Assembly (NCBI GenBank): GCA_965209055.1
Contig: OZ242374.1
Span: 3,360,001 to 3,424,000, forward strand
Length of the DNA stretch: 64,000 nt
Origin: Acidobacteriota bacterium
Lineage (GTDB): Bacteria > Acidobacteriota > UBA6911 > RPQK01 > JAJDTT01
Reading direction: 5' to 3'
The position numbers and the translations under genes are program-made. Shown here piece by piece: positions 19,210 through 30,129 of the stretch. Position 1 is the first letter of the stretch, and every line of letters starts with the position of its first letter. The notes beneath the pieces are model-generated. The model did no database searches and had not been told where the DNA came from. It saw only the letters and a list, made by a program, of their open reading frames with translations.

Positions 19210-20205
19210 TCAGAGCGCGGCCAGGAAGGCGATCAGTCCCGTGTTTGTCCTCCACGGGCGATCCGAACCGGGCTCGGCGGCATCGCAGAGCGCCATGGCC
19301 CTGGCCTTCATCTCCAGGTCGATCTCGGCGTAGATGTTGGTCGTATCGAGGCTGGCATGACCGAGCCAAGCGCGGATCGTGTTCAGATCGATGCCGGCCT
19401 GGAGCAGGTGGCAGGCGCTGGTGTGACGGATGGTGTGCGGCGTGACCCTCCTTCCGGCGAGCAACGGGACGCGGGCTGCAGAGCGCTCGACGAGCCGATA
19501 GACCCCGAACCGGGTATAGGACCTGCGCTGCCGGCTGAGGAAGACGGCATCCCCGGCTGCCCGTCCCTGCAAGAGTTCCGTGAGCGCGGCTTCGGTCCGG
19601 GGCCACAGCGGACACTGTCGGTGTTTTCCGCCCTTGCCGTGGATGTTGACGAGCGCTTGCCCGCCGCCGCGTCGTCCGATTTGCAGATCGCCCGCCACGA
19701 GCTGAGTCGTTTCGGAGACGCGTGCCCCGGTGTTGTAGAGGAACAGGAGCAGGGCGTGTTCGACCCGGCCTCTCGGCGTTCGCCGGTCCGGGACCTCGAG
19801 CAGTTCCTTCATCTCGGTCTTGCTGAGCCAGCCGATCGGCTTCGGCGCGGCCTTCTTCGAGGCAATCGCACGGATACTGCCGCTCCACTCGATACGTCCG
19901 GGATCGCGGCTGGCGATGAAGCGTGCGAAGGCCCGGATCGCCGATAGCCGCTGGTTGCGGGTCTGCACGGAGCAACCGCGGTCCTGCTCGAGATAGTCGA
20001 GGAACTGGCGCACGTGCCGGGCCGTGAGGTCCTGCACCGCGATCCGTTCGACTGGCTTGCGGGCCTTGGCGCCGACGAACGGCAGCAGGAGTGCGAAGGT
20101 ATCGCGGTAGCTCTTCTGAGTGTTGCGGGCGAGGTTGCGCTCGGTGACGATGTAATCGGCCAGGAAGCGGCGCAGCCAGGGGCCGAGCGTGCGGGGATTA
20201 CTCAT
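19210..20205 (-). CDS. RIT tyrosine recombinase C
   Basis: NTGARVSE, GKGGK, HTIRH, LGH, IY; SAM-like N-terminus RNTQKSYRD. Confidence 0.92.
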   Translation of the reverse strand: MSNPRTLGPWLRRFLADYIVTERNLARNTQKSYRDTFALLLPFVGAKARKPVERIAVQDLTARHVRQFLDYLEQDRGCSVQTRNQRLSAIRAFARFIASRDPGRIEWSGSIRAIASKKAAPKPIGWLSKTEMKELLEVPDRRTPRGRVEHALLLFLYNTGARVSETTQLVAGDLQIGRRGGGQALVNIHGKGGKHRQCPLWPRTEAALTELLQGRAAGDAVFLSRQRRSYTRFGVYRLVERSAARVPLLAGRRVTPHTIRHTSACHLLQAGIDLNTIRAWLGHASLDTTNIYAEIDLEMKARAMALCDAAEPGSDRPWRTNTGLIAFLAAL

Positions 20206-21151
20206 GGTTTCCTCCTCCGTTGACGTAGGCGTCGAAACGGACCGAAGCCTGATGCAGGAGTTCGGGCGTCATCGACAGATAGATCCGGGTGCCGTTGAGA
20301 TCCGTGTGGCCGAGCCAGGTGGATAGCGTCGGCAGCAGTCGCTGGACATCGGCGCCCTGCCGGTACCAGGACTCCAGCCGGTGTACGGCTGCGGCATGGC
20401 GCAGGGAATGAAAGCACGGACCTCGCCGTCCGTCGTTGCGACCTTCGATTCCGGCCTCCTTGAGCAGCTTGGTGAACGCGTGCGCGGCGGTGCTCTGGGC
20501 CAAGGGCGTCCCGTCGCGGTTGGCGAGGAAGGTCGAGGCCGTGCCCTTGGGGAAGGGGCGTTGTGCGCGCCGGGCGGCATAGGTCTTCAGCGCGTCGGCA
20601 AGTTGCCGGCAGACGGGAACGAGGCGGGTCTTGTAGAACTTGGTGTGACGTATGGTCAGCAGCGCATCGGGCAGGTCCACATCGTCGAGGGTCAGGCGCT
20701 GGGCCTCGCCGAATCGCAGCCCCGCACCGTAGAGAAGCTGGAGCAGTGTCCGCAGGGTATCGGCGTCGATCTGGATCGAACGTTGCCGACTGACATCGAT
20801 GGCGTCGAACAGGCGTTGCAACTCGTTGCGGGAGTACACGTAAGGTGGTGAGGACCGCGGTCGAGTCGGCTCTTCATCGCGCGCCGGAAGCGGCGACCGG
20901 GTCACGTAGCTGCGGCTGATCGCGTAGCGGTAGAAGCCGGCCAGGACGCTGTACTTGTTGGCCCGGTACCGGGTTATCGGACCTTGACCGGCAAGGAAGT
21001 CGAGAACGTGGGCTGGGGAGACGGCATCACAGCCGGCGCTCCCGCCGACCTGTTTCAGGAACCGGTGCAACAAGTATGCGCCGGTGTCGAACTTGGCGCC
21101 ATGGGCCTGACGCCAGGCGATATAGTCGTTGACCGCATCCCGGAGCATCAT
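20198..21151 (-). CDS. RIT tyrosine recombinase B
   Basis: GLRFGE, TKFYKTRLVP, HSLRH, LSTWLGH, IY. Confidence 0.92.
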   Translation of the reverse strand: MMLRDAVNDYIAWRQAHGAKFDTGAYLLHRFLKQVGGSAGCDAVSPAHVLDFLAGQGPITRYRANKYSVLAGFYRYAISRSYVTRSPLPARDEEPTRPRSSPPYVYSRNELQRLFDAIDVSRQRSIQIDADTLRTLLQLLYGAGLRFGEAQRLTLDDVDLPDALLTIRHTKFYKTRLVPVCRQLADALKTYAARRAQRPFPKGTASTFLANRDGTPLAQSTAAHAFTKLLKEAGIEGRNDGRRGPCFHSLRHAAAVHRLESWYRQGADVQRLLPTLSTWLGHTDLNGTRIYLSMTPELLHQASVRFDAYVNGGGNHE

Positions 21152-22380
21152 GTCAGGCCCTCAAGATCGATGTCGGCGACCTCACGGAGGGTGCTGAGGT
21201 TCACCTTGGCGTACACGGCGGTGGACGAGGTGCTGCGATGGCCGAGGTAATCGCCGACCTCCTTGATCGACAGGCCGTGGTCGAGCAGGTGCTGGGCGGC
21301 AGCATGACGAAGCGCATGGGCACCGCGACGTTTGCCGGTGATACCGAGCTGATCGAGGCGTGTCCTGACGACGTTCGAAACTGTCTGCCGGGTCACCGGA
21401 CGGATCGGAGCGATCAGAGTGAGGAACAGTGCCCTCTCCGGGCGCAAGGCACGAACCTCGGTGAGGTAACGCACGATCGACTGCCCGACGCCGCGGGAAA
21501 GCGGATAATGATGGGGGCATCCCGACTTGGGGCGGCGTACCCGTAGCGTCTCCTCTTCCCAGTCCAGATCATCGAGGAGCAGGCCGGCGACCTCGCGGGC
21601 ACGCAACCCGTACGCGATCAGCACCATCAGGATGGCACGGTCGCGAAGGTCGGCCGGCCGGTTGCCCTCGGAGGTTGCGAGCAGGCGGAGCACCTCGCCC
21701 CGGTTGAGTCCCTTCGGGAGTGTCTCGCCGGGATGGAACCGCACCGGCATGATCCCGTCAGCCAGCCCCAGTGTACACCAGCCCTGGCGTTCGGCGAACC
21801 GGGAAAAAGTGCGCAGACGCTGCCCGTAAACGCGGACCGTGCTCCGACTGCAGCCACGGGCGTGCCAGCGCATGACCGCCCGGTCGATGTCGGCGACAAC
21901 GACCGCATCCAAGGCAATGCCCCACTCGCCGAGCTAGTCGAAGAAGCAGTCCATCGTATGGCAGCAAGTACGGATCGTCACCTCGGACCATCCGCGCTCT
22001 TTGCGCATCCACTCCTTGAAGATCGTGGCCTCGGCGACGTGGGCGTGCCGTTGCCGCACCCTACAGGGCTCATCGAGCAGACCCGCGAAGCGTAGCCATC
22101 GCACTGCGCGGCTGACGAAGATCCGGCGCACCCCCGGTCGCGCCGAACGACACGGTCGACGGTCGGTCGCCGCCTCGATCCGGGGCAGGCTGACGCGCTC
22201 GCCTGCCCGCAAGTCCAGAAGACGAATCAGGGTGATCTGAGCCGCTGCGATCGTGCGTAATGTGAGCGGTCGCGCGCCCTCCTGCGCGCAATGCCTCAGG
22301 TAGCTCAACCGTTCTTCCAACAACGGTTCGCAGCGATAACGGCCTATCGTGCCGCGGTCGATGAACAGGGCCTCGAACAT
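21148..22380 (-). pseudogene. RIT tyrosine recombinase A with in-frame TAG
   Basis: ORFs 21934-22380 and 21148-21912 share a frame (CFFD*LGEWG); catalytic YGLRARE, HALRH, LGH, Y lie downstream of the stop. Confidence 0.85.
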
Positions 22381-22521
22381 GATCGTGCCTCCTTGTGGGG
22401 TGAAGACATGATTATGGTCGAACGACTTCCCGTCAGATAATTATGTTGCTGAGATACGGCGTGTTCTCATGTGCAGCAGGACGATGCAGACTGTCCGCCA
22501 CATAATCCGGACCGCAACATA

Positions 22522-22555
22522 TGGCCTGTTATGTGGCACTCAACATAACAGGCCA
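22522..22555. repeat. Perfect 13-8-13 palindrome (loxP-like geometry) at RIT right end
   Basis: TGGCCTGTTATGT-GGCACTCA-ACATAACAGGCCA. Confidence 0.8.
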
Positions 22556-22674
22556 AATGGCGGGCTTGTTTTTTCGGTAGTTCTCGATGATTGCGCCTGA
22601 GTGGGTTTCAGGCGGCATATCGGCGGACCATGGCTCCGCGCAGGACTTCAAGCTGGCGCTCTACGCAAGGCGGA

Positions 22675-23898
22675 TCAACGGAGCCGGACGGACGCCCGAG
22701 GCCGACTCTCGTCGGCCAGATAGCCCGCCCAGTTGTCCATGAGACGCCTCCGCCGCTCGAACAGGTCCGTCCTCCGGTAGGCCGCCTCGACCGGATTGCG
22801 CACCTTGTGCGCCAAAGCCGCCTCCGCCACCTCGCGCGGATGTTCCGTCTCCTCCGCCACCCAGTCCCGGAAACTCGACCGGAACCCGTGCGGCACCGCC
22901 GCGATCTTCAACCCCCGCAGCAGGTCCGACATGGCCGTATACCCGATGGGCTTTCCACCCACCCCCGGAAAAACGAGTGGGCTGCCGCCAGCGAGCGCCC
23001 GCGCCTCCTCCAGGATCTCCAACGCTCGCCGGGCCAACGGAACGCGGTGCTCCCGATTCACCTTCGTCCGTGGGGCCGGGATGGCCCATACTCCTTCCTC
23101 CCGGTCGATCTCCTTCCACGCGGCCCCACGGACCTCGCCGGAGCGTGTCGCCGTCAGGACCAGGAACTCGAACATCAGCTTCAACATCGGCCGCTTGTTC
23201 GATGCCCGCACCGTCTGGAGTGCGGACGCCACTTCACCGTGAGGCAACGCCCGCATGTGACGCACGGCGGTCCCCTGCGAGCCGAGTACCGGACCGATCC
23301 GGTCGCAGGGGTTGTCGGGCCGAAGATCCATCGCCACGGCCCACTCCAGAACCGCGCGGATGCGCTGGCGCAGCTTCCGGGCCGTGGCGGCCTTCTCGTG
23401 CCAGATCGGAGCCAGGATTCCGATCACGTCCGCGCTCGTCACCTGCGCAATCGGTATCTTCCCGATATGAGGCAAGACGTAGCGCTCCAGGCTCCACAGC
23501 CAGAGCCGCGCATGCCGGGGGGAGCGCCAGCCCGGCCGCAGCTGCTTCCAGACCGCCCCAGCGGCGTCCGCGAAGCTGGGCATCGACTCGGCCCGCCGGT
23601 TCGCGGCCCGGGGGTCGCCCCCGTCGCGGGCCAGCTTCCGGTTGGCGAATGCTTTCTCGCGCGCTTCCTTGAGCGAGACGAGGGGGAATCCACCGAGCCC
23701 GAGCTCGGTTCGCCGGCCCCGGATGGTGAGGCGCTGGATCCAGCCCCGGCTCCCTGTAGGCCGGACGTAGAGGTAGAGGCCGTGGCCGTCGCAGTATCGT
23801 CCGGACTGGCTCACGTTGCGGACAAAGGCCGGGGTCAGGGCATTGAGGGGATGCGGCCCGCGCGGCTTGCGTTTGGGAGGTTGTTTCGGGAATCTCAT
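22675..23898 (-). CDS. P4-like tyrosine integrase with arm-DNA-binding (DUF4102) domain
   Basis: GRYCDGHGLYL...LGLGGFPLVSLKEARE, TATRSGE, PHGFRSSFRDW, ALAH, AYRR. Confidence 0.92.
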   Translation of the reverse strand: MRFPKQPPKRKPRGPHPLNALTPAFVRNVSQSGRYCDGHGLYLYVRPTGSRGWIQRLTIRGRRTELGLGGFPLVSLKEAREKAFANRKLARDGGDPRAANRRAESMPSFADAAGAVWKQLRPGWRSPRHARLWLWSLERYVLPHIGKIPIAQVTSADVIGILAPIWHEKAATARKLRQRIRAVLEWAVAMDLRPDNPCDRIGPVLGSQGTAVRHMRALPHGEVASALQTVRASNKRPMLKLMFEFLVLTATRSGEVRGAAWKEIDREEGVWAIPAPRTKVNREHRVPLARRALEILEEARALAGGSPLVFPGVGGKPIGYTAMSDLLRGLKIAAVPHGFRSSFRDWVAEETEHPREVAEAALAHKVRNPVEAAYRRTDLFERRRRLMDNWAGYLADESRPRASVRLR

Positions 23899-24357
23899 AC
23901 CTACCACTATATATACCACAATATGGTGGATGCAAGGGGATGAAGCGGGTCGGTATGGGACAAGGTCGGATGTCCGATCTAGTTGTAAACCAATCATAAA
24001 CAAACACTTATGGACAATACTGGACTTACCTGGACGATGCACCTGATTAAATCTAGGCTTCCTAGCGGGAAGGCTCCAATAGGGCTACTCTGGCAATCTG
24101 TGTAGTCAATCCTCTATGAGCCAGCGCAGGCCATCGGTCTTGCCGATCTGGGGTGGAAAGTGGATCTGGTTGAACGCTCGATCCGGAATGGGAACCAGGA
24201 CCTCGTCGAAGCGCTGGAGCAGAACGCCGATAGACAAGTGAGACTATTTGACCTTGCCGTTCGGTAACGAATTGCAAAAGGTCCAAGTGATACTCCACCT
24301 TGCTCCGGTCGGCCAAATTGGCCAAGATTGACGTTTGCCATCAACTGTAGGAGTGGC

Positions 24358-24542
24358 ATGCGGAAGCCGAGCGCGAAAGACGCGAAGTACGGCTTCGGCC
24401 GACGCATCGGCCTCGCCCGCGCCGCGCCCGTCACGGTGACCAAGCACGGGCGGTTATCGTGGCGCTCTTGGTCGAGGAATACGAGCGCCTGAAGGCGCTT
24501 GACACACCTGAGGCACGCTCGGGAACGGAGGAACGGGAATGA
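24358..24542 (+). pseudogene. Phd/YefM antitoxin, frameshifted
   Basis: MRKPSAKDAKYGFGR..ARAAPVTVTKHGR, then in another frame [17 protein letters not shown]; GGCCAAATTGGCC dyad upstream. Confidence 0.7.
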
Positions 24543-24573
24543 CGTGGAACAGAACGGGAGGCCGCTGAGCCGG

Positions 24574-26898
24574 ATGGACAAGCGAGGCCTCTCAGAGCGT
24601 GACATCTGCACGAAGTTCATCACGCCCGCTCTGCGCAACGCCGGGTGGGACGAGATGTTGCAGATTCGCGAAGAGGTGAGCTTCACCCAGGGCCGGATCA
24701 TCGTGCGGGGCAAGCTGGTCGCACGCGGCAAGGGGAAACGCGCCGACTACATCCTTTATCTCAAGCCAAACATCCCGATCGCCGTGATCGAGGCGAAGGA
24801 CAATTCCCACAGCCTCGGCGACGGCATGCAGCAGGCTCTGGATTACGCCGAGATCCTGAACGTTCCCTTCGCGTTCTCTTCGAACGGCGACGGCTTCGTG
24901 TTCCACGACCGTACGGGGGCCAGTACACCGCTTGAGTCGGACCTTTCTCTTGAAGACTTTCCGTCACCCGCCGATCTGTGGGCGCGCTATCGGGCCTGGA
25001 AGGGCCTGACGCCGGAAGCCGAGGAGATCGTCCTTCAAGACTATTTCGAAGACGGCAGCGGCAAGACGCCGCGCTACTACCAAGTCAATGCCATCAACGC
25101 GACAATCGAGGCCATCGCCAAGGGGCAGAACCGTATCCTGCTCGTCATGGCCACGGGCACGGGCAAGACCTATACCGCCTTCCAGATCATCTGGAGGCTA
25201 TGGAAGGCGCGCCGCAAGAGACGCATCCTGTTTCTCGCCGACCGCAACGTGCTCGTCGATCAGACGATGACGAACGATTTCCGCCCGTTCGGCGGCACAA
25301 TGACCAAGCTCTCGCGCCGGATCGACCCGGCGTACGAGGTCTATCTCGGCCTCTATCAGGCAATCACCGGACCGGAGGAACGCCAGAAGACGTACCGAAA
25401 GTTCTCACCGGAGTTCTTCGATCTGATCGTGATCGACGAATGTCACCGGGGCAGTGCTGCCGACGATTCGGCGTGGCGCGAGATCCTTGAGTACTTCTCT
25501 GCCGCAACCCAGATCGGTCTCACCGCCACGCCGAAGGAGACGAAGTACGTCTCCAACATCGCCTATTTCGGGGAGCCGGTCTTCACTTACTCCTTGAAGC
25601 AGGGCATCAACGACGGTTTCCTCGCGCCCTACAAGGTGGTCAAGGTCCATATCGATCGGGACGTGGAGGGCTACCGCCCAGAGAAGGGAAAGGTCGACCG
25701 CGTCGGCGAGCCAGTTGAGGATCGCGTTTACAACTTGATGGACTTCGACCGAACTCTGGTCATCGACGAACGGACGACACTCGTCGCGCAGAAGGTCACG
25801 GCTTTCCTGAAGGAGAGTGGCGATCGTTTCCAGAAGGCGATCATCTTTTGCGTCGATCAAGAGCACGCCGCGCGGATGCGTCAGGCGCTGATCAACGAGA
25901 ACGCGGATCTCGTCGAGGGCAACTCACGTTACGTCATGCGGATCACCGGTGGAGATACTTTGGGACAGGCCGAACTCGGGAACTTCATCGATCCGGAATC
26001 GAAATACCCCGTCCTGGTCACCACATCGCGCCTGCTGTCCACCGGCGTCGACGTCCAGACTTGCCGGTTGATCGTGCTCGACCGAGCAGTGGGGTCGATG
26101 ACCGAGTTCAAGCAGATCGTCGGCCGCGGTACCCGCGTGCACGAAGACACACGAAAGTTCTACTTCACGCTCATCGACTTCCGGGGGGCCACGGGTCATT
26201 TCGCGGACCCGGACTTCGACGGCGAGCCGGTCCAGATTTACAGGCCGGAGGAAGACGGTCCGATCGCGCCACCCGATGGGCCGGATCCCGGCCCGAACGG
26301 GAACGGCGACGTAGATCCACCGCCGGGGCCACAGAAGAAAATCTATGTCGATGGCGTCGAAGTGGCCATCGTCGCTGCCCGGGTGCAATACCTCGACGGG
26401 CACGGCAAGCTGGTGACGGAGTCGTTGCGTGATTTCACGAGGAAAGCCCTGCGCCGGCGCTTCGCGAGCCTTGACGACTTCCTGAACCGTTGGAACGCCG
26501 CAGAGCGCAAGCAGGCAATCATTGATGAGATGGAGGCCGAGGGCCTGCCGCTGACCGTGATCGCCGAAGAGTTGGGCAAGGATCTCGACCCCTTCGATCT
26601 CGTCTGTCACATCGCCTTTGACGCCAAACCGCTGACCCGCCGCGAGCGGGCCGAGAATGTCAAGAAGCGGGACGTGTTCGCGAAATACGGAGGTCAGGCC
26701 CGCGCTGTGCTCGATGCGTTGCTCGACAAGTACGCGGACGAGGGCATTCTCAATCTCGACGACGCCAACGTCCTTAGAATCCCGCCACTCGACCGACTCG
26801 GTACACCGTTGGAACTGGTCCGCGCCTTTGGCGGGAAGCCCGGTTTCGAGCGGGCCGTGCACGATGTTCAATCCGCCCTCTATCGCGAGATCGCCTAA
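24574..26898 (+). CDS. hsdR: Type I restriction enzyme R subunit (EcoAI/EcoEI-like)
   Basis: ADYIL...IEAK nuclease, [25 protein letters not shown]; start taken at [12 protein letters not shown]. Confidence 0.95.
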   Translation: MDKRGLSERDICTKFITPALRNAGWDEMLQIREEVSFTQGRIIVRGKLVARGKGKRADYILYLKPNIPIAVIEAKDNSHSLGDGMQQALDYAEILNVPFAFSSNGDGFVFHDRTGASTPLESDLSLEDFPSPADLWARYRAWKGLTPEAEEIVLQDYFEDGSGKTPRYYQVNAINATIEAIAKGQNRILLVMATGTGKTYTAFQIIWRLWKARRKRRILFLADRNVLVDQTMTNDFRPFGGTMTKLSRRIDPAYEVYLGLYQAITGPEERQKTYRKFSPEFFDLIVIDECHRGSAADDSAWREILEYFSAATQIGLTATPKETKYVSNIAYFGEPVFTYSLKQGINDGFLAPYKVVKVHIDRDVEGYRPEKGKVDRVGEPVEDRVYNLMDFDRTLVIDERTTLVAQKVTAFLKESGDRFQKAIIFCVDQEHAARMRQALINENADLVEGNSRYVMRITGGDTLGQAELGNFIDPESKYPVLVTTSRLLSTGVDVQTCRLIVLDRAVGSMTEFKQIVGRGTRVHEDTRKFYFTLIDFRGATGHFADPDFDGEPVQIYRPEEDGPIAPPDGPDPGPNGNGDVDPPPGPQKKIYVDGVEVAIVAARVQYLDGHGKLVTESLRDFTRKALRRRFASLDDFLNRWNAAERKQAIIDEMEAEGLPLTVIAEELGKDLDPFDLVCHIAFDAKPLTRRERAENVKKRDVFAKYGGQARAVLDALLDKYADEGILNLDDANVLRIPPLDRLGTPLELVRAFGGKPGFERAVHDVQSALYREIA

Positions 26899-26901
26899 GA
26901 G

Positions 26902-28353
26902 ATGTCCGTCAGCACGCTCGTCAAGTCGATTCAGAACATCATGCGCCAGGACGTGGGCGTCGATGGCGATGCGCAGCGCATCAGTCAACTGTGCTGGATG
27001 TTCTTCCTCAAGATCATCGACGATCAGGACCAGGAGCTCGAAGTTCTAAAGGACGGATACCGTTCGCCCGTACCTGACCCATTGCAATGGCGGAGTTGGG
27101 CCGGCGACCCGGAAGGCATCACAGGCGAGGAGTTGCTCGACTTCGTCAACGGCGATCTCTTTCCGAAGCTGAAGGAACTTCCGCGCAGGGCCGGCCCTCG
27201 CGCCAGCGTCGTGCGCGACGTGTTCGAGGACGCCTACAACTACATGAAGTCCGGCCCGCTGCTGCGGCAGGTTGTCAACAAGATCAACGGAATCGACTTC
27301 AACAACCTGACCGACCGGCGGCACTTCGGCGATATCTACGAGCAAGTCTTGAACGATCTGCAATCGGCCGGCAATGCGGGCGAATACTACACGCCACGCG
27401 CCGTGACCTCGTTCATGGCCCAAATGATCGACCCGAAACCGGGCGAGACCCTGCTCGATCCGGCGTGCGGCACTGGCGGGTTCCTCACCTGCGCCATCCG
27501 TCATATGCACGAACGCTACGTGAAGCGGACCGAAGATGAGGCAAGGATGCAGGCCTCCCTGCGGGCCATGGAGAAGAAGCCACTCCCCCACATGCTCGCC
27601 GTCACGAATATGCTCCTGCACGGCATCGAAGATCCGTCGTTTCTGCGCCACGACAACACACTGGCGCGCCCCTACATCTCTTGGGGCCGGGACGACCGCG
27701 TGGACATCGTGTTGACCAATCCGCCGTTCGGTGGCAAGGAGGAGGACGGCATCGAATCGAACTTCCCGAAGCACTTCCAGACGCGCGAGACGGCTGACCT
27801 GTTTCTCGCCCTGATCGTCCGACTTCTGAAACCCGGCGGCAGGGCTGCCGTGGTCCTACCCGACGGCTCCTTGTTCGGCGAGGGTGTCAAGACGCGGCTC
27901 AAAGAGCACTTGATGAGGGAATGCAACCTTCACACCATTGTGCGCCTGCCGAACTCGGTGTTCTGTCCCTACGCTTCGATCGGGACGAACTTGCTGTTCT
28001 TCGAGAAAGGCGAACCGACCAAGGATGTCTGGTTCTGGGAACACCTCGTACCTGAGGGCCAAAAGGCCTATTCAAAGACCAGACCCATCCGGCTGGAGCA
28101 TCTTGAGGACTGTGCCGCTTGGTGGGGCGGGGCGGAACGTAAGAGCCGCGAGGAAGGTGAACGAGCTTGGAAGGTGACTGCCGAGGAGATCGCTACGCGC
28201 GGCTACAACCTCGACATCAAGAATCCTCATACCGAAGAAGAGGACCTTGGCGATCCCGAGATGCTACTGGAGGAGCTGACGCGTGCCGAGGCCGAGGTGA
28301 ACTCAGTGCGAGACCAGTTGAAGGGAATCCTGACAGAGGCGCTGTCACGGTGA
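26902..28353 (+). CDS. hsdM: Type I RM N6-adenine methyltransferase
   Basis: GEYYTPR, DPACGTGGFL, NPPF. Confidence 0.95.
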   Translation: MSVSTLVKSIQNIMRQDVGVDGDAQRISQLCWMFFLKIIDDQDQELEVLKDGYRSPVPDPLQWRSWAGDPEGITGEELLDFVNGDLFPKLKELPRRAGPRASVVRDVFEDAYNYMKSGPLLRQVVNKINGIDFNNLTDRRHFGDIYEQVLNDLQSAGNAGEYYTPRAVTSFMAQMIDPKPGETLLDPACGTGGFLTCAIRHMHERYVKRTEDEARMQASLRAMEKKPLPHMLAVTNMLLHGIEDPSFLRHDNTLARPYISWGRDDRVDIVLTNPPFGGKEEDGIESNFPKHFQTRETADLFLALIVRLLKPGGRAAVVLPDGSLFGEGVKTRLKEHLMRECNLHTIVRLPNSVFCPYASIGTNLLFFEKGEPTKDVWFWEHLVPEGQKAYSKTRPIRLEHLEDCAAWWGGAERKSREEGERAWKVTAEEIATRGYNLDIKNPHTEEEDLGDPEMLLEELTRAEAEVNSVRDQLKGILTEALSR

Positions 28354-30089
28354 ATGCTGACCGCCTATTCGCCCTATACGACCGCGTAGCCGAGGCACCG
28401 GACGCCATTGGACGTCTGCGCCGCTTCGTGCTGGATCTCGCCTTGCGGGGAAAGCTTGTGGAGCAGGATCCGGCAGATGAACCGGCATTGGGACTGCTGA
28501 ACCGGATTGATGAGGCGAATGATCCACTGGCAGGATTCAACCGGGCTAAAAAATCACGAGCACTACCACCGATAAACCCGAGGGAGGTCCCTTTCGAGTT
28601 ACCATCAGCCTGGCAATGGGTGTATTTCGGGAACATCGTCGATTTTTCCGCAGGCCGGACGCCCCCACGGAAAGAACCATCGTATTGGAATACCGGTGAT
28701 TTCCCATGGATCAGCATCGCCGACATGGAGGACGGAAAGACCCTTCGATCTACGAAGGAGACTGTGAGCACCGAGGCCCGTCTCAACGTCTTTAAGCGTG
28801 AGCCGGAGCCACCCGGCACAATGATCATGAGCTTTAAGCTCACAATTGGAAAGATCGCCAAGCTGGGCATCTCCGCGTTTCATAACGAGGCAATTATTTC
28901 CATTCGGCCACATGTCGGTGACCTAAACTCCTACCTATTCAAGGTTCTACCTGATCTTGCACGGGGCGCCAATACCAAAGGAGCAATCAAGGGCGCAACG
29001 CTTAACCGTAAGTCACTTTTGACCATAATGGTCCCGCTCCCGCCTCTCGCTGAGCAGTGCCGCATCGTTGCCAAGGTCGATGAACTCTTGGCGGTTTGCG
29101 ACCAGTTGGAGAAAGCACGCACCGCGCGGGAGGACACCCGCGACCGGCTCACCAAGGCCAGTCTTACCCGTCTAGTTGCTCCCGACATCGACGCCCCGAC
29201 GTTTCGTTCTCACGCGCGCTTTGCCGTCGATGCCCTGCCCGCACTGACCGCTCGTGCCGATCAGATCAGGCATCTACGCCAGACGATTCTTGGCCTCGCC
29301 GTGCGGGGGAAGCTGGTGGAGCAGAATCCGGCGGACGAACCGGCGGACGAAATACTGGAACGGATCGCGGCAGAAAAGGTACGACTGTTGAGGGCACGAA
29401 AGATCAGGAGACACAAATCAACTGCATCGTTGTCACGAATAGAATCGGATTTTGGACTACCGAGTGGTTGGGCGGCAGCAAGGTTCTCGGATGTCGTGAC
29501 TGAGTTACGAACCGGACCCTTCGGCAGCTCCCTTCACCGGAGTGACTATGAAAAAGGCGGAACACCCGTCATCAATCCTGCATCAATACAGGATGGGAAG
29601 ATTGTTCCTTTCGAGAATATGGCGATAGGGGACGATACTCTTGAGAGACTCGCAACGTTCAAACTCCGCGCCGGTGACATCGTGATGGGCCGTCGTGGCG
29701 AAATGGGACGCTGCGCGGTGGTAGAACAGAGCGAGGAAGGTTGGCTCTGTGGGACGGGAAGCCTGATTCTCCGTCTTTCGAATAGCCTCTATCCAAAATA
29801 CCTAGCAATGCTCATCGGATCGCCCAATTTTCGGGAAAATCTTCGAGGTCATTCTGTCGGCGCTACAATGCAGAATCTGAATCAGTCCATTCTGTTGAAG
29901 ATGAGCATTGGTCTACCACCGCTCGCCGAGCAGTACCGCATCGTTGCCAAGGTCGATGAGTTCCTAGCGCTCTGCGACCGCCTAGAGGCCCGTATCACTA
30001 CCACAGATGGCACCCGCCATCGTCTCCTCGGAGCCCTTCTGCATAATGTGCTGGCATCAAACACGAAGCCGCGTCCTCTTGGAGGCTAA
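28350..30089 (+). CDS. hsdS: Type I RM specificity subunit
   Basis: Two TRDs with repeated GKLVEQ(D/N)PADEPA and PPLAEQxRIVAKVDE; GTG overlaps the hsdM stop. Confidence 0.93.
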   Translation: MNADRLFALYDRVAEAPDAIGRLRRFVLDLALRGKLVEQDPADEPALGLLNRIDEANDPLAGFNRAKKSRALPPINPREVPFELPSAWQWVYFGNIVDFSAGRTPPRKEPSYWNTGDFPWISIADMEDGKTLRSTKETVSTEARLNVFKREPEPPGTMIMSFKLTIGKIAKLGISAFHNEAIISIRPHVGDLNSYLFKVLPDLARGANTKGAIKGATLNRKSLLTIMVPLPPLAEQCRIVAKVDELLAVCDQLEKARTAREDTRDRLTKASLTRLVAPDIDAPTFRSHARFAVDALPALTARADQIRHLRQTILGLAVRGKLVEQNPADEPADEILERIAAEKVRLLRARKIRRHKSTASLSRIESDFGLPSGWAAARFSDVVTELRTGPFGSSLHRSDYEKGGTPVINPASIQDGKIVPFENMAIGDDTLERLATFKLRAGDIVMGRRGEMGRCAVVEQSEEGWLCGTGSLILRLSNSLYPKYLAMLIGSPNFRENLRGHSVGATMQNLNQSILLKMSIGLPPLAEQYRIVAKVDEFLALCDRLEARITTTDGTRHRLLGALLHNVLASNTKPRPLGG

Positions 30090-30129
30090 ATGCATGCAAA
30101 TGCATGGCCTACGAGGACACGGAGGGCGG

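Larger units (their letters stand above)
19111..22529 (-). mobile_element. RIT (recombinase-in-trio) element
   Basis: Three overlapping tyrosine recombinase genes flanked by 90-bp inverted repeats (19111-19200, 22440-22529; 5 mismatches). Confidence 0.9.
14988..24068. mobile_element. Nested P4-like integrase element (~9.1 kb)
   Basis: 9-bp direct repeat TCCTAGCGG at 14988-14996 and 24060-24068; similar AT-rich GTAAACCA...TTATG tracts and TACCAC repeats inside both ends; removing it restores the ATCC..GCGGGAAGGC motif seen after the other two hairpins. Confidence 0.7.

Noticed and set aside
21934-21936. Pyrrolysine/amber readthrough in RitA
   Set aside because: Context FFD*LGE fits a single TGG to TAG change in a decaying element; no recoding evidence
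28430-29970. hsdS repeats as a phase-variable shufflon
   Set aside because: Repeats are direct and are the normal conserved HsdS regions; no silent TRD cassettes seen
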